A stretch of DNA of 49,953 bases from Mesotaenium endlicherianum (lineage: Eukaryota). Positions 1 through 12,780 of the stretch are shown in pieces. A program made the position numbers and the translations under genes. Where the stretch lies: assembly GCA_009602735.1 (NCBI GenBank), contig WELA01000374.1:222221-272173 (forward strand), in the 5' to 3' direction. How positions within the stretch are numbered: the stretch's first letter is position 1; every line of letters begins with the position of its first letter. The notes beneath the pieces are model-generated. The model was not told where the DNA came from. It saw only the letters and a list, made by a program, of their open reading frames with translations, and did not search any database.

Positions 1-353
1 TCCCCTCCCCCTCTCCCTCCCCCTCCTCCGCTGCCGCCGCAGGCGTTTGTGCAAATGCATCTGGTTCTGCAATTCCTCTCACGCTCCCTCTCCTTCTCGC
101 CCCTCCCTCTCCCCCGCCCCCCACATGCGTTTGCTCTTCACCCTCCCTCTCTCTCACGGGCGTTTGTGTGCAGTACGCCCGCTCTCAAGCTCTCCCCCTC
201 TCCCGCCCACTTCCCCCCTCCCCCTCGCCCTTCTTCTGCTATCTCTACAGGCGTCTGCGCACTTCGCCCTCTCTCAACCTCTCCCCCTCTCCCCCTCTCC
301 CCCTGTCCTGTCCTCTGCCTCTCCTTGTCCCTCTCCCCCGCTGCCACTTGCAG

Positions 354-3300
354 GCCTTTGCGCAGTTCCTGGAGACGCAGAATCAGATGGTGCTGCTGCA
401 GGAGGACATGGCTGCCAAGGCGCGCGCCGACGAGGGCGGGCAGGCCCCCCCCTTTAACGACTCGGAGGACGGGCCGCCCGAGACGTGCAACCGCCAGCTG
501 GACATTGGGCGCGTGGGGACCGTGCAGTGGGTGCCCAGGAAGGGGAAGTATCTGCTCGCGCTGTGCACGGGGGGGCAGGTGGGTCTCTCCCTCCCCGCTC
601 TCTTTCTCTTGTTCTCTTTCCCTGTCTTTGTACTCCATCTGTGTGTGCGTGTGCGCTTGTGTGTGCGTGTGTGGGCGTGCGTGTATATGCGTGTGCGTGT
701 GCGTGTGTATGTGTGAGTCCATGAGTGCACTTGCCTGCTGTTTGAGCAAAGAAGCAGACGCGGGGGAGGAGGAGGGGCGGGGGCAGATGCGGGGGAGGGG
801 TGTGCAGGAATGCGTGTCGGCGTGTGCAAGATCATCTGGGGGCTCGCCCCATTGGTTCTCCTCAAACAGGACGGGGCCTCCAAACGCGAACGCTACAGGC
901 CACATGCAAAGCTCGCGTGTGTTTGCACTATGGCGAACGCAAAGATTGAGGCTGCATACGCAGGGCAAGCATGTTCTTGCCTGTGTTGCCTGTGTTGACT
1001 TACGCCACGCCACGGCATCTTGCGGGGCGGGTTAGGGCGGGGCTGGGGGGGGTGAGGTTGGGGTGTTGAGGCAGGCAGTGCCTGGCAGGGCGGAGCCAGG
1101 GGGCCGGCGTGNNNNNNNNNNNNNNNNNNNNNNNNNNNNNNNNNNNNNNNNNNNNNNNNNNNNNNNNNNNNNNNNNNNNNNNNNNNNNNNNNNNNNNNNN
1201 NNNNNNNNNNNNNNNNNNNNNNNNNNNNNNNNNNNNNNNNNNNNNNNNNNNNNNNNNNNNNNNNNNNNNNNNNNNNNNNNNNNNNNNNNNNNNNNNNNNN
1301 NNNNNNNNNNNNNNNNNNNNNNNNNNNNNNNNNNNNNNNNNNNNNNNNNNNNNNNNNNNNNNNNNNNNNNNNNNNNNNNNNNNNNNNNNNNNNNNNNNNN
1401 NNNNNNNNNNNNNNNNNNNNNNNNNNNNNNNNNNNNNNNNNNNNNNNNNNNNNNNNNNNNNNNNNNNNNNNNNNNNNNNNNNNNNNNNNNNNNNNNNNNN
1501 NNNNNNNNNNNNNNNNNNNNNNNNNNNNNNNNNNNNNNNNNNNNNNNNNNNNNNNNNNNNNNNNNNNNNNNNNNNNNNNNNNNNNNNNNNNNNNNNNNNN
1601 NGGGGGACGGGGGGGAATGGGTGCATGATTCTGCAGATGAGCAACCGGCTGATGTGCGTGCGTCAGAACATGCTGAACGCGGCCGTCACCAACCGGACGC
1701 TGCTGCTGCCCGTGACGGAGCTGGACTACGATTACCGCAACCTCGTCGACTTCAACCACTTCAAGGTAAGGGAACCCGCCGTGTGTGTGTGTGTGTGTGT
1801 GTGGCGAGGTGCTCCAAGCTTACGCTCCAAGACCACTTTCAGATGGGTGGTGGGTGGGTGGGTGGGTGGGGCTGCGTGAGAAGGACAGGCAGTGATAGTA
1901 TGCATGCATTAGACGCAGGACCCGCCACCAGTTGACCGGCCGCCAGTTGACCCGCCGCCCGCTGACATGCCGCCCGCCGACCTGCGGCCCGCTTCTGTGG
2001 CGTGGCAGCTGTGCTTCGGGAAGGGGGCCATCATGACGGTGGGTCAATACAAGTCAACCAAGGGGTCAAACGGGACGCTGCGAGTCGACCAGCTGCTGTG
2101 CCACATCCACCAGTGGCAGCCGGACGACTTCTGCGAAACTCTCAAGCGCCGCTTCGAGCAGGTGCGCCTTCAAATCGAACCTCTGCTCGTGCAAGCCCCA
2201 GACCACCCCAGCCCAAACACCCTGAATCCCACCTGCGGTATTTTGACTCCCGGCTGTCATTGCTGCAGACCTAGCATCTATCTCCACACCCGCACACCAC
2301 ATCCTTCAGAGCTTGCGCATCTGAGAACTGAGACAAAGAAACTGACGTTAGCCCACCTCTGCTGAGCACCTTTCTTCCGTCCAACCCTCGCACCTCANCG
2401 CGATGTGTCGCACCCAACAAACCCAAATGCCCTTCTTTTTGTTCCTGGGATAGAATGCTCAAGTAGCACCTCAAGACCTGTGTCGCGGCTAGAGGCCCAA
2501 ACCTTAAGCCCTTATCTGGACTTAAACACTAGCCCTAATTCCAGCCCTAACTTCAACTCTAAACTCTAACGTTAACTCTAATCCTCGTGCTATTTTCAAT
2601 CTACTAGCCTGAGCCAAGCCAGCACCACGCTTCGCGCTCCCCAGGGCTGGGCTCGAACGGGCATGCAGGCCCTCGTATTTTTTCCCCGTTCACATTTGGT
2701 TCGCTTCTTTGGGGCTCGCGCGGGCTCCTGTGTCTCTCCCTCTAGAGCCCCCCGCTAGAACCCCTGAGGGGACCCGCTCTCGTTTGCAGTTGGGCCCTTT
2801 TTGGGCGTGGTTCAGGCAGGGTCGGAGGTGCGGGCAGTTGCCAATCCGGGAATGATTTTTTTCAAAGAGCGTGCGCGTGGTGTTGGGTGACGCCACTCGT
2901 GCGCGAGTGTGTGCATGCCTCTGCGTGTGTGTCTGCACATGCGCATGCGTGCGTGTGCGTGTGTGCGTGCGTGTGTGTGCGCGTGTGTGTGCGTGCCTGC
3001 ATGTGTGTGTGCGTGCGTGTGCGGTTTGCAAGTGATTGTGCACAACGTGCATGCCTGCATTGCTGCCACGTCACCACCAGTAGCTAGAGTGGGCAAACAG
3101 TTGCTTGCCCCCCCCTCCCCCCCCTCCCCCCGNAATATTCCTCCGGGTGAAGCTCACGAGCAAAGTATTGAAATCATACTCTATCCTGGAAGATGCCAAA
3201 AAACCAGTATGAACACATGGCAAAGGAATAGGCAGCTGACAGCAATAGCGCAAACTGTTGCCTGCGTACATTGCTTTGTGCAGGCACAGCATAGGCGCCA

Positions 3301-4832
3301 ACGTTGTGCACGGCACGTAGCGACAAGGACTAGCAGCCGCAGCCCTGGGCTTGTAGGGCGTAACAGCCAGCCAGCTCTCATGCATGCCCGTGGTAAGGCC
3401 CCAAGCGAGAATTGAATTCCCCGCGCCATCCTTCCCAGTATGGGAATGCGAAGGCAGGGGAGGCAAGAAGAGGCCTTGATCTTTTGCGCCTCAACAACCA
3501 GTCATCAAACAGCCTCCAAGGACGACGAGATGAGCTCGCCTGCTCTTGCGGCAGCACGCACTCCCAGGGCTGCTGCTCTGCACAGGCTCTCGCCAGGTAG
3601 CAACCGACCTGGGCCGCCACTGACCCCAGAACTGGTGTGTGCACCATCCCCCTTGCAAATTAACTGGCAGCAATCTCGCCCAAGATCCTGGAAGACTGCA
3701 GCCAGCCCTGGCAGTGGTGCCTGCTGCTCCCACGACAGACCACGCCTGGCGGAGACTCCATCTGATTCTGCAAACACACTCAAGCTCTAAATGGGCATAG
3801 CTACAACACCCCCTCCCCCTCCCCCTCCCCCTCTCTCCCGTTGTATGCACCGTGTGTGTGTGTGTGTGTGTGCGTGTGTGTGTGTACGTATGTTTGGAGA
3901 GAGGGGAAGGGGAAAGGGGAAAGGGGGGGGAGGGCAGATCATGTGAGCGTTCGTGCTTCAGCCACGGACTGCGCAATTGCCCCCCCGGTACGTGCGTGCG
4001 TGTGAACGTGAGCGGGCGTGCGGTGCACAGGTCTTTGTGTGTGCTTGGGGGGGGGCGGGAGGGGGGCACTTTCTTGGGGTCTGCCTTGCGCGTGCGCGCG
4101 ATCGCGTGGCCCCCCATACGCGCGCATGCGTGCTCGTGCATTGTCAGGGTGGGCGTGTGCTTGGACGTTTGATTCGTGTGGGGTGGCGGTGTGGGCCGCT
4201 GCTGCGGAGTGGTCAGACACTGCGAGAATATGTGAGAATGCGCAGGCGTCTGGAGGAGTTTGAATGCAGCAAGACTCAGAACCTCCAGCAGCAGAGTTCT
4301 CATGTCGTTTCAGATCGTGTTTCGCACGTGCATGTGACTCTGTATGTGTGTGTGTGTGTGCGTGCATGTATGTGTGTGTGTGTGTGTGAGTGTGTGTGTG
4401 TGTGGGCGCGCGCGCGCATGTGTGCGCATGTTTCTACTGTGTCCCTAGTGACCCGTGACAGTTGAATGAATGCACGTCACACGCTCAACAGTCTAGCGAC
4501 TGATGAAAAAACTTACCCGGGATGCCTTCCTTTGTTGGGGTGGCGACAGCTGTCCACCTGCGGCGGGGCGACTTCTTCCAGCACTGCCTGGGCGGCGATG
4601 CCAAGGGCCGCAAGCCACCCTGCTTTATTCCCATCAAGCAGGTAAGGCCACAAGTGCATGTTCTCGCGCACGCAAACGCTTGTGCGTTTGTGCATGTGAG
4701 TGTGCGCGTGCGTGTGTGGGGGTGTGCGTGTGCGTGTGCGTGTGCTTCTCTCTCTGTCCCCTTTCTCATACCAATACTGGCGCTTGCAAGTTAAGCTGTG
4801 GAACACACAAAGCATCAGCTTTTTTTGCACCG

Positions 4833-4881
<49 letters not shown>

Positions 4882-4882
4882 N

Positions 4883-4967
<85 letters not shown>

Positions 4968-6016
4968 AATTAGCGGCCCAACTGAAGTTGCGTCATAGAA
5001 AGAGAGCTTCACTAGAGTACTAATGCTTCTGATCTTTCCTCTGACCCACACAACTCTTTCCGCTGCAAAACACTTCCACGGGAGCAAATGGGGCCACTTC
5101 CCTTTGAAGGGGCCCATTTGCACTTCCTTCTCCTCTCGCAATCAGTGCGCCGGCAACGCAAAAACCCCAACCCACGCACACACCTCACTTCGACCCTTGA
5201 TCCTGCTTCTCTCGTTGTGACTGCCCCGCGCGGGATCGGCGGCGGCGACAGGTGGCGGGCTGCCTGCACCGGCGGCTCGAGAAGCTCCCCAACATGACGG
5301 TTGTCTTCCTCGCGACAGATGGCGAGGACCTGGAAGTGGGACTTCTCTCCACGCTCCTGGAGTCCTCCTCTCAGGGAAGGCCCGTCCCCCTGCTGCGGTT
5401 GCCCGCCCTGGGAACGCAGCCATGGGCCAAGGGGCTCACCAAAGCCGGCCTTCAGAACAACCCTCAGGTGAATATTTTACTTTCTTAGCTCGATAATCGA
5501 GGGAGAGTGCATGGGAAGAGTGCAGAAAGAAGAGTGCAGAAAGAAGAGTGCATAGAAAGGGTGCAAAGAAAAAGAGCATAGGAAAGTGCATGGGAAGCGT
5601 TTAGCTTTGCTTGACGCATGTGCCGATGTGTGGCGCTGATTGGACCGAGAAATTTTGGTCAGTTTGCCCCCGGTGATGCCAAACACGCTGCGTTAAGATC
5701 CGAACGACACCCCCCCTCAATCCCCTCACGCCCCTCACCCCCCTCACTCCCCGTCACTCCCCTTTGATGATGATTTCTGTGAGTACTAAGCATATGTCCC
5801 TTGCGGTTGGTGTTGGCGATTTGATGTGTGGTGCAGATTATTGCGTTCTTGACCAAGGCGATTTGCGGCTTGTCCAAAGTGTTCTACGGTTCTTGGACCT
5901 CCACGTTCAGCGGAGATATACATAGGTTGAGGGACTGGTGGCACACCAACAGTTGCTTGGATAGCGGGATATGTGACCAATCGGAGTCTGGAGACTTTTT
6001 GGACTCTTTTCAATGA
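354..6016 (+). CDS. O-fucosyltransferase family protein (plant OFUT36-like, GT68/POFUT2-type); 5'-partial, internal exon(s) missing
   Basis: AG/GT-bounded exons 354-578 (..VQWVPRKGKYLLALCTGGQ), 1637-1765 (MSNRLMCVRQNMLNAAVTNRTLLLP..DYDYRNLVDF), 2009-2161, 4550-4641 (AVHLRRGDFFQHC..PPCFIPIKQ), 5252-5467 (VAGCL..VVFLATDG..), 5837-6016 (TKAICGLSKVFYGSWTSTFSGDIHRLR..stop). Motifs GQMSN, HxRRxDF, FLATD and STFS match the O-FucT fold and the plant OFUT36 group as recalled. Phases join except between 2161 (phase 0) and 4550 (phase 1). Confidence 0.9.
1112..1601. other. Assembly gap (other gaps: 13262-13382, 27021-27079, 30347-30627, 41442-41534)
   Basis: Runs of N, mostly flanked by G/C homopolymers. 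Confidence 1.
4836..4965. repeat. (CT)n microsatellite with internal single-N join
   Basis: Direct reading: about 130 bp of CT repeat in an intron of the O-FucT gene. Confidence 0.95.
5503..5597. repeat. Degenerate ~13-bp tandem repeat (GAGTGCAGAAAGA-like)
   Basis: About 7 imperfect copies of gagtgca(t/g/a)..aaaga in the last O-FucT intron. Confidence 0.75.
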
Positions 6017-7489
6017 TATGACGTGTTCTATTTGCTCCCTGAGTTTGTTGTTGTTTGTACAACCCAAGATGGGTGTCTCATGTTCAACGGCAGTGTACTC
6101 GACGTGCAACGAAGTTTGTACATCAAAGTCCATTAACGGGAGTGGGTTGTGACAGTATCTTGCAAGGTTTATTGCTTGACATTTTCTTGACGTAGAGGGG
6201 TCCACAAAGGCAACCAGTGGAACACTTTTGATAGTGTCAGGAACAAGACAATGTCTACTCAGGTCGACTTGGATACCACAGAAAGTTTTCAATACCTGAA
6301 CCAAAAAGTTGATAAAATTTGGCATGGAAGGATATTGTGAACCAAAAATTGCACCGAATAATTTGAGTGACAAGATTGGGACAACATTAAAATGTTTATA
6401 ATTTTCATGCAGTGGCACGCGTGAGTTTCTCAACTCTTTATACAAAGTTTATACGGAAGTGGTTAGCCCAGTAGTGTGACCAAGATTGTTTGTGAGAGAG
6501 GTAGGCTCGTCAGATTGCAAAGCTGGGAATTTGACTTTAAGCCAAGTCAAGCAAACTGCAAAAATTTGAAGAGCTTTGTTGACGTGTCACGGTTTAAGGT
6601 ATACCAACTATGCCACACTCAAGAACTGTGACACGTGCTTTCACAAATGACACTCGATTTTTAATTGCAAAGCATATCAATTGATTATACATCACAATGC
6701 GTTGTTTCCTATCTTAAGCATTCACCATCTATAGCACCACAGTACTACGCACTCTGTTTCATGAACTGGCTTGAGTAACACATTAAACTAGTGAAGCCTG
6801 TCTCGCATAAGATGGCCACTTGTTACCTTTTGGACGTTCTTTACCAAAAGACACAATATGAACGTAAATGTTTCGCGCGCACATTCTAGTACCAACTCAA
6901 ATAGAAGCCACATAGCATATCATAATGATTATTGTCAATCATGGTACAATGCCATAGTATCCCTTTGGGCTCTGTAACAATTTATCATCCACAAATATAT
7001 GGCCCTCCATACTTGAACTTAGTTGTAATGTGTTATTGTAGCCAACAAAATGTCATCACTTTTTGACTAGGCATCATCTTAAAATTTGCCGTAACTGCGC
7101 TAGAATTCTTAGGCAATTGATAGCATCGTCTTGGTATTGCGCTAGTATTGACCCAGCGAGCATAGCATTGAAACACCTAGATTTATATATTTGGGATCAT
7201 TTCTCTGCATTTTGCGTCTTACGCCACTTTTTGCGTCGCGACATTACATTTTTCGTACCACTGCTCTGACGCCGTGTGCTACTTTTTGGCGCATCACTGC
7301 TTTCTGCAGTCATATACTTTTTGCGTTCCACTTCTTATTTTCTGTCTTATGGCTACTTTTTGCGTATCAAAACAGTTGACTAGCAACCACTAAAATGAAT
7401 ACGAAATGCTCGTGTGCTGGAAGTCTATTTTGGTCAAGTCTATGACATCATGGTAATCGCAAGTACGGGAGTTAGCGGGAAACCATATA

Positions 7490-8520
7490 AAGCATTTCTG
7501 GAGAGATAAGTGACTGCAAAATGTTGCATGCGTGGGAGCAAGAGCAGGAAAACAAATATGGATACTTGAGTTTTATATCTAAAGGCATATTATATTACAT
7601 AGTATAATTACACTGACACCCCAAAAATGTCAAAATCATTCACCTCTCGTCCGTCAGACAAAAAAAAATATTATTTTTGTGCTCGACTTCGATTCCACTT
7701 TTGTAATGCTAGAAAGAAGTCGACATAAAAGAGGTGGAAGATTTTCTGACAAGTTTTATTTATCGTACATGTAGAAAAAAAATGCAATGCAACTTTTGGT
7801 TGTTAGCTGCTATGCAAATTAGACCAATAAAAGCTGCCTAAGTAATCTATAATGTAAGTGCAAATAGCAAGAAGCGTGAACAAGGTCGCGAAGGTTCTTT
7901 GTACAAGTATTCCTTCAACCTTGAGATTGCCTTTATTTTCTACATTGATTCATCAAAAGGCATCAAGAAAATTCTATAAGGTAGTCAAATCATGAGCTAG
8001 TAAGATTGACCTTCACCCACCCAAGTGCGTGTTGGTGAGAAATCATTGTGGGTATGAGTTTTTCGTATTGCATTATTTAATGCATTTATATTTGCATATA
8101 TAAATGCACCTGAACAGTATATGTTCATTGCTCATAAATAGTCCACACACGTCAAGTTAATCACTATTGGGACCCTTCACCCACCAAAAGATTATTCCAC
8201 AAAAATGATTTAACTTCCACCAAAATATAAAATTTAATTGTCAAAGACCGTCAACAATTTTTGAGAACCATAAAAATGGTTAATGCTGTTTCTTCTGAAA
8301 TGCTTGTATTCATGTATGTTGTGACCGTCTTGACAAATGAAAAACCCATGCACGTATTCATCCAATACCAATCTCAGTTTAAATTTGATGAAAACCAAGA
8401 AATTTTGGAGAGGGTTCTCCTTGAAGCTCGCCCAAATTGACATGGATCACTTCCTATTGCTTTCGGGTCGATCGATTGGGGTCATTTGGCCACTTGTAAT
8501 TCCAACAAGATAGGCCCTTA
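7490..8520 (-). mobile_element. Highly degenerate Ty3/gypsy pol relic (RT-RNaseH)
   Basis: AT-rich block. Minus-strand translation gives, in gypsy order, QMTPIDRP (cf. QIxMxxxDRxKT), LRLVLDEYVHGFF..KLLTVFD (cf. VLxEYxxxFVxVYxDD..VF), KAISRLKEYLYKEP (cf. AFxxLKxxLxxxP), FIGLIC..QKLHCIFF (cf. IGAVL..HPIAF), LALQKW and AVTYLSR (cf. ADxLSR). Many stops and frameshifts. No LTRs seen. Confidence 0.5.
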
Positions 8521-11192
8521 AACTTTATTGTAGCGCTAGCACACAGCCAAATTAATTTTTTAATAGAGCAACATTGGCCCACATCATTAAAGAACATAAG
8601 TCTAGTATATCTCTAGTACGGCACCTTCCGGACTTAATTGTTCTAGCTTTGTGTCTCTAACTCCTGGCTTCTTCGAGATCGCCTTCAAATATTATTGCCT
8701 TCGTGCATGTGCTCTCTCACTTTGTGAATGCAAAAAAACAATGGGCTAAGTATCCTGCTGAATCGCACAAAGTCTAGTCTGTCTACTTGCTATTACGCTT
8801 GCTATAGATATATAACGCCTATGCAATGAACAAATTAAATAGAAGTGTCATATACCCTAATCGCAGCCTCGTGTAGGTCGACCTGCAAATAGGGAACGTC
8901 CTATCAATTCCGGGCGCTAATATAGTCTCTCGTCTGCAGCCGTTACCTGAAAGGTCAGGGCCACATGTCCTTCACGTTGCATGGAAAATTCATTGCCATT
9001 CATTGCAGTTGATTGAAGTGTACTGCAGCTGAGCTGGTAGAGTTGGCAGCATACTGCTCAGTGCCCACCGCTCACTGCTCAGTGCTCACCGTCCGTGCAC
9101 TGCTTGGTGCTCTGACTCTCGAGTCTTGAAAATTACAACCGTGGCCAACTGAAACGGACATCATGCATGCATGGGTCACCGGAATCCGTAGGAACTTAAA
9201 TATTCGCAGGTCAATTATACTTGAAGACTGTGGAATCTGGATAGGGCTGACGAGGCCCCCTTCTGCTGTCTTCAATAATATTTGTTCCAGCGCGATAAAG
9301 TAGGACATATATAAAGCCCATTGTCCTGTCCTACCGGCTTCCGCTGCCCAGACCCCCTCGATTCATAACTTTCTGGGTGTCATTTGCTATTTTGGATGTT
9401 ATAAAAACCCGACTCAAAAAAAGAGGATGTTTTTAGAAATATATCCTTAAGATCTCGAGTGGATGTCCGGTAAAATCCCAAAAGTTCCTATCTAGAGACT
9501 ATATCCGGACTCGGGAGGACAGGCCTAGGGGCAGTGGGCACTGCAGTGTGCAGTGTGCACTGTGCAGCTCTCGGTACCAGCCAACTGCTTGCGAGGGCTG
9601 TTCGTTTCCAGATTATCCACTCAAGTTCCCGCTCGAATTTCTCTTGACCATGTGCCCAGGCTGTGCCGCTGTAGCCTGTCAAAGAAACTTTGAGATGCCG
9701 ACGGGCGCATCCTTCTGCCTGGTTCTGCCCACATCTGCCCGCCTTAAACTTGAAGGATGTACGTACTACGTAGGCGTTGTAGCCTGCTAGCCTCTACGTA
9801 TGTAGGATTTGGCCCATTGGGCATGGGATTAAAAAGTCAAGAGTCTTACTGAAATATCAGCGTCAGGGGTCAGACGCGCAAGGTCAAGATGTGATAGTTC
9901 AACGGGAGGCAGTTGCTCCTTGACGTCACATAGCAGATTCTCTCTAGGATGGACGCTTTCCGGGTCAAGCCGTTGAATCACGTTGAACTTTTATCCCTGT
10001 CTATACCATAATGCTACGTATTGTGGCGAAACTCCGGAGCCCCAGTTGGCCCCCGAATCTTGATTTTCAAGAATCATGCGTCAGCATGAGTCGCTGATCA
10101 TCGTCTAATGTCCTTTCCAGTTGGCGTCAAGTGCATCCATTAAGACCGCAATGGGCGGTGATTACGGACCTGTGCTTCTCAAGCAGTCGTGAATTTGTTC
10201 TGAAAGGGGCCCTACCCAAGGCCAGCTGGGCTTGCAACTTGCAAGCGGTTTCAAGCTTCAACTTCCAACGCAAGCCGTTAGTGTGCCATAATTTTGGTGC
10301 GCGAGAATTGACGGGGAGGAGCGGGCGGTGATCGTGGTGGAAAGGTCTCGAATGGTCTGGAGGACATGATTGAGCTTGACAGGCTCCGCCTCGGGCTTAT
10401 CAACAGAAAGACCCAGAAAGACCGGCGAACGAGGGAGAGGCGGCTGGTAGAGATCGGAGCACAGGGGCCCAGTTCCAACAGAGGAGCAGGGGCCAGCACT
10501 GCAAATTTTTTCTGAAAGCTGGAGCTAGTTCAAGCCAGTGTGAGTGCCATGAAGGGAATGATGCCTTCAGAACGTCGTACATTCGAGCCCATTTGAAGGT
10601 AATGACGGGAAGCGAAGTCAATATATATTAGTTTGATGCGGGTTGATTGCCGGTGTGGGATTGATGTCCACGATATTGCCTTTGCACGGAGCTGCAAGTC
10701 ATTAGTCTTGTCGACCTATTTGCGGCTTTTTGCTACAGTCCTGGCTGTCTCCAGAGCGACGATTGCATGCAGCAGGTTATGACTCATGCTCTCTACGTGT
10801 GTCATAAGCCTGAGAATTTTACAGCCGGTGGGGCTTGTAGTCAATTGTCGATCATCCCATATGGGAGATGCTTGTAGAGCTGCTTGCGTCAGCCAGATTC
10901 CATGTAGTTTTGCTTGCCTGCATGCTCCCTTGGGCCTGGAACGGGCGAGCATTGAGGAGCGTGCACGCATGCAGCAGTTGGCACTCGTTTCACTTCTTCT
11001 TGAAAGATTAGATTGAGAGCTGCTGGTGCTGAGTGAAGCGGTTGGAGCCAAGCCCTAATCCTCTCTGAGTGCACACACGGCTCGTAGAACCTGGAGGAGC
11101 ATCAGAGCAGAGAGGGAGCACTCGTGGCCTGAATAAATCTCCAGAGGGTGCGGAGTTTGAGCGGGAAGGACCTGATAAGAGAGGCTTGTGCA

Positions 11193-12733
11193 ATGGCAGG
11201 TCGGCAGTCGCCCCGGCTGGTCGACTTCTTTGGCGCAAAGGGGAGAGGGGGGGACACTCGGGAGGCGGAAGCTGGCCAGGTGTCGCACTTCGGCAGCAGG
11301 AGCTCAGCCCAGGGCTCCATTCTCACCCGGTCTGACGACAGGAGCGAGGATAATAATAGGGTAGGGTTTTTGGAACAGAGAAACCTGGGGGGGAAAGGGG
11401 GAGGGGCCCATCCTTCTTTTGCACAGGGACAGGGGCAGGCACAGGGACAGGGACAGGGACAGGGACCGGGACAGTCAGGTGTCCCTGAGATAGGCACCCA
11501 GTCTCTAGCCTCCAGTCAATCCTTCCCCTCCTCTTCTGCCATAGTGCTAGCCTCAGGCCCCGGCCCTCTGGTAGGTAAAATGCTCCCCACTGAGACCCCA
11601 GGGGGCGGCGGGGGGCAGGGGAGAATGCAGCTGGCGGCCCCGTCGGCAGGCACGTCAGCGTATGGGAGGACAGGTGGCAGCCAGACGCCGCCTTCTGCTG
11701 CTGCCTATTTTCCAGAGGCGTCCTCGGCTTACGGGAATCTGCGGGCTGGCCACCTGGCAGGCCACGGCGGGGTCATGCCAGGCGGCAGCGAGAGGCACGC
11801 CGCCGAGGCACTGGGCGGCGCCTGGAGTGTCCCCGGCTCTGGTGTAGCAAGCGTCCCGGGGACGGCAGCAGGAGACGGCCTTCTGTTACGACAGAGGCTA
11901 GGAGACACGAACGCTTTTGCTGCTGCTTTCGGTGCTTCCTATCGATCTGCGGCTGGGCTGGGGGCAGGGGCGTATCCCGGACCTGCACCCGAGGCTGCCA
12001 GGCCAGGTCTGGGGGAGGTTGGGAACGCAGCCTACGGGGAGGGCAGTGTCACAGGCAGCAACAGGGTGGGGCTGTTGCCCTCGGCAGGTGGCCTAGGGTT
12101 GGGAAGAGGCCCGGCATTTGGTCCGGGAGGCCTGGATGGGCTCCTGAGCAACAGAGCGCATGAGCTGGCGCGTCTCGGGCCACGTTTGGAACCGGGCCTG
12201 GCCCACGCCGGGGCCTCCAGCCACAGCCTAGGGGAGCAGCGGGCGGCAGAGGCGAGGGGCTCGGGCGGCGGCCTGTCGGCCGGCGAGAGGTCTCGCCTGC
12301 TTGAGGAGGCGTATTGGATCCAGCGAGTCCTCCTGGAGTCAGCAGGTGGCAGCATAGCGGGCGGCGACAGGGTGAGTGGCGCCGACAACGACAGCGTGCC
12401 AGGTGGCGGCAGGGCCCACCTGGCGCTTGGTTACGAGGAGGAGGGTCAGGGGGGGCCTGCCCGGAAGTGCCAGCGCCGGCTGCGAGAGGACAGCCCCAGC
12501 AGACATCAGCCGGCCCCTGCCCCCCCCCCTGCGCACGCTCATGTCCATGCGCCGCCTGCTGCGGCCCCGGCTGGCAAGTCGATCGTGGAGCTGACCGAGT
12601 CGGACATCCGGACGCTCTCCATTCAGGACTGCATGCACTACCTCCGCCAGCAAGGTAGGGGGCATGCGCGCGCGCGCGCGCTTGCCTTGCGCTCATGCAT
12701 GCATACGGGCACATGCACATGCACGCGCACACG

Positions 12734-12780
<47 letters not shown>

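Noticed and set aside
893..1935. Long ORFs spanning N-gaps (also around 13262, 27021, 30347, 41442)
   Set aside because: Open only because N codons contain no stops.
5786..6445. 219-aa minus-strand ORF
   Set aside because: Antisense to the last O-FucT exon and its 3'UTR, non-ATG start, no recognisable motif.
10366..10515. 49-aa ORF (MIELDRLRLGLINRKTQKDRR..) upstream of the TIFY gene
   Set aside because: Could be a uORF, but there is no homology or transcript support visible from the sequence alone.
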